Source: Gekko japonicus (lineage: Eukaryota). From it: a stretch of 64,000 nucleotides of DNA. Positions 61,712 through 64,000 of this stretch are shown here, in pieces (positions within the stretch are counted from its first letter, which is position 1; every line of letters begins with the position of its first letter). Under the pieces are notes generated by a model. It was not told the origin of the DNA. It saw nothing but the letters and a program-made list of their open reading frames with translations, and did not search any database. The translations under genes and the position numbers were made by a program. The stretch covers positions 62,001 through 126,000 of the forward strand of contig NW_015168075.1 in the NCBI RefSeq assembly GCF_001447785.1, read 5' to 3'.

Positions 61712-63083
61712 AATAAGAAGTACTCAAATTCCTGTTAAGTGCAATTAAAACAATGGTATAGCTATTTTCAGCTTCCTGTAGGGGGTTAGCATACCTTTTT
61801 AAAGTTTAACTTCAGCATACTGGGAAAACATTCTACAGAGCTAAGTAATAATGCACAGTTATTAGAGGCCAAGGTCAATTAGACCTTATTAGCACAAGGA
61901 TTTAATTAGGTGAACATCTAGGTATAATGTTTCTGGGAATGAGTAAATGAATGGTGCACCAATCAACCTAAGCAATCATTTGTAATAAGTAAATATGCCC
62001 TAGCACACAGAAATGAAGACATAAGACTTGGAATATAGGTTCACCTAGGGCCTCTTTAATGAACTGAACTGTGCAAACAGTAGATCCTTCTCCTTTTCTG
62101 TGCAGGTATTGTTAGCCTGCTGCTGCTTTATACAGATTCTAACTGTATAGCTGAACTGTGCAAACTGTGTGCCAGGGAAAATGGACTGAATGGTGACCAT
62201 GAGACAGTGCCAACCTACTGGACAGAAGACATGTGCCCGGCCAAGGGAAGCCTTGTACTGAAGCAGCATGTTAGACCAGACGTGGACCTATGGAAGAACC
62301 AATGTCTCTCGTTCCTGCACCTTCACAGCCAAGAAGGCAAACCAGCATCTCTGATCTTGCTCACACATGGAACCAGCAGCAGTTACCTGAAGAAAAGCAT
62401 TGATCTGCAAAAGAGACATGAACATTCCTTTGCAAATGCCATTGACAGCTCCCTTTTCCACCATGCAGGCACTGCCCCCCTGCATATTACCAGCCTCAGG
62501 TGAAGCACTTATGCAGCACCAGCTTCTTACAAAAGGAAATGAACTGATAGCTGTGTCATCACTATGGTGCAACTGTTAAACATCGATCCTTAACAACCAT
62601 CAGTGACCATCAAGCCAAGACATCACCCTATTGTGTTTTCCAGAGGTGTCACTTACAGAAACATTATTCCAATTGCCCACCCATTAATCCTATTTTCTAT
62701 CCCCATCAGGACCTGGATTTTTTCTAGTACTTCCTGGAGGACTATGTGACAGAGGAAGCATGTGCTTCTAGTCAGATTTAGGGTATATAAAGGGAGGGTC
62801 ACCCCATTGCGCTCTCCCTCTCCTTCTCTCCCTCTCCTATCCTCCCAACCTATCTTTGGTTCCATTCCTGTGCAGTTTGGAATCTCCCACATGTTCTGCC
62901 AGTCAGTACACGATCCCTTCCCTAAAAGCCACCCTATTTTTCACTGCAGATTCTACTCTCAGTGTCTGAACAGGTAAATTATCACCCCGCATTGAAACTA
63001 CCTGCTAATGCAAACGTCTCTATATTTTTCTATCTTAATTTCCTAGCTCTGTGTTGTGTGTTTTGATTGCTTGATTTTATATT

Positions 63084-63112
63084 TGTGTGTGTGTGTGTGT
63101 GTGTGCGTGTGT
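63084..63112. repeat. (TG)n microsatellite
   Basis: Direct reading. Confidence 0.95.
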
Positions 63113-63712
63113 ATTCCTTCACTAACCGAAACTACTGATTTTTAAGATCTAGTCCCTGCATCTATTTCTGGGACTTGGATAAGTAGGACTTGGATAAGTG
63201 GGACTCTGGTATATACCTATATAGATCCTATAGTTATGCCAATTGCTCATTAATGTCATACTACCCCAACCTTTTATTAAGAAATAAAGCAATTTGGCTA
63301 ACAGTATCTCTGTGTGCAGTCTCTCAGGCTACCAGTGTACAGGCAAATATTCTCAGGATGAAAGCAGAGCAGCAATGCAATGCCGCACTTTTTCTTACAG
63401 ACCACAGAAAAAGCTGCAGAGCTGTGAGGACTAAATGATAGAGGAGAGAAGCATGTGTGCCACCCTAAACTGGAGTAAGGCAAGATAAAGATATGATAGA
63501 TATTCAACAGAAAGTTGGGGGATGGAACAAATAAATCACAGTAGAACAATATACCATATGTGTTCCACCAGCAAGCTTCTCTCTTTCTTTACTTGTCTGA
63601 GAGACCCTTCTCCAAAAGCCTGCAGGTGCAAAATAAACTTGGATGTGCCTTAAAATATAGGTGTGAGCCATAGCAACCTGCCAGCTCCCTTGGACACAAG
63701 CTACAGTTCAGT

Positions 63713-63927
63713 GTAGGCATTCCAGGTGATCTAGATGGTGGCTGGAGAGCTCCCGGGTTACAACTGATTTCCAGACAACAGAAATCCCCTGGAGAAAATG
63801 GCTGCTGTAAAGGATGAACTCTATGGCTTTGTGCCCCACAGAGGTCTCTCCCCTCTCCAAACCCTGCCCTCCCATGGCTTCAAACCCAAATCTTCTGGTA
63901 TTTCCCAAGCAGGAGTTGGCAACTCTT
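63713..63927. mobile_element. hAT-Blackjack-like MITE
   Basis: GGTGGCTGGAGAGCTCCC..ACAACTGATTTCCAG..TTGGCAACTCT; family of 53638-53899. Confidence 0.7.
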
Positions 63928-63949
63928 AAGAATTAATCAAAGACACAGT

Positions 63950-64000
63950 TTCTATCTAACAAAGGGAGCTTTGACTCTCAAAAGTTCATACCCTGAAAAC
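63950..64000 (+). mobile_element. decayed Penelope-like pLTR fragment (cut by window end)
   Basis: TATCTAACAAAGGGAGCTTTGACTCTCAAAAGTTCATACC; matches 28269-28303. Confidence 0.55.

Noticed and set aside
62207-62503. 98-aa ORF in unique sequence
   Set aside because: No ATG start, no recognisable homology, and no coherent splice pair.

Overview
This window is eukaryotic, repeat-dense vertebrate DNA. The SINE/LINE repertoire (Squam3-type SINEs, BovB, CR1, L2, L1, RTE-X, Penelope remnants) points to a squamate reptile, probably a gecko; this is inferred. No host protein-coding gene, rRNA, true tRNA or CRISPR could be supported, so the region looks intergenic or intronic. Every ORF with recognisable homology is transposon-derived. 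There are two assembly gaps (9692-9745, 53199-53328). The most unusual structure is a composite retroelement at 29672-32236: the 5' and 3' ends of a BovB (RTE) LINE bracket, in the same orientation, the 5'UTR (346-bp tandem monomers) and ORF1 of a CR1 LINE, giving a 336-aa CR1-ORF1::BovB fusion ORF. It sits in the 3'UTR of a decayed full-length L1 whose RT region is itself replaced by an ORF1-only (HAL1-like) fragment. Other notable items are a 3'-truncated BovB with a perfect 11-bp TSD, Penelope-derived minimal hammerhead-ribozyme relics, and a Gmr1-like Gypsy gag with a tRNA-Ala PBS. Family names come from motif recognition by eye, not from database searches, and boundaries without a stated TSD or TIR are approximate.
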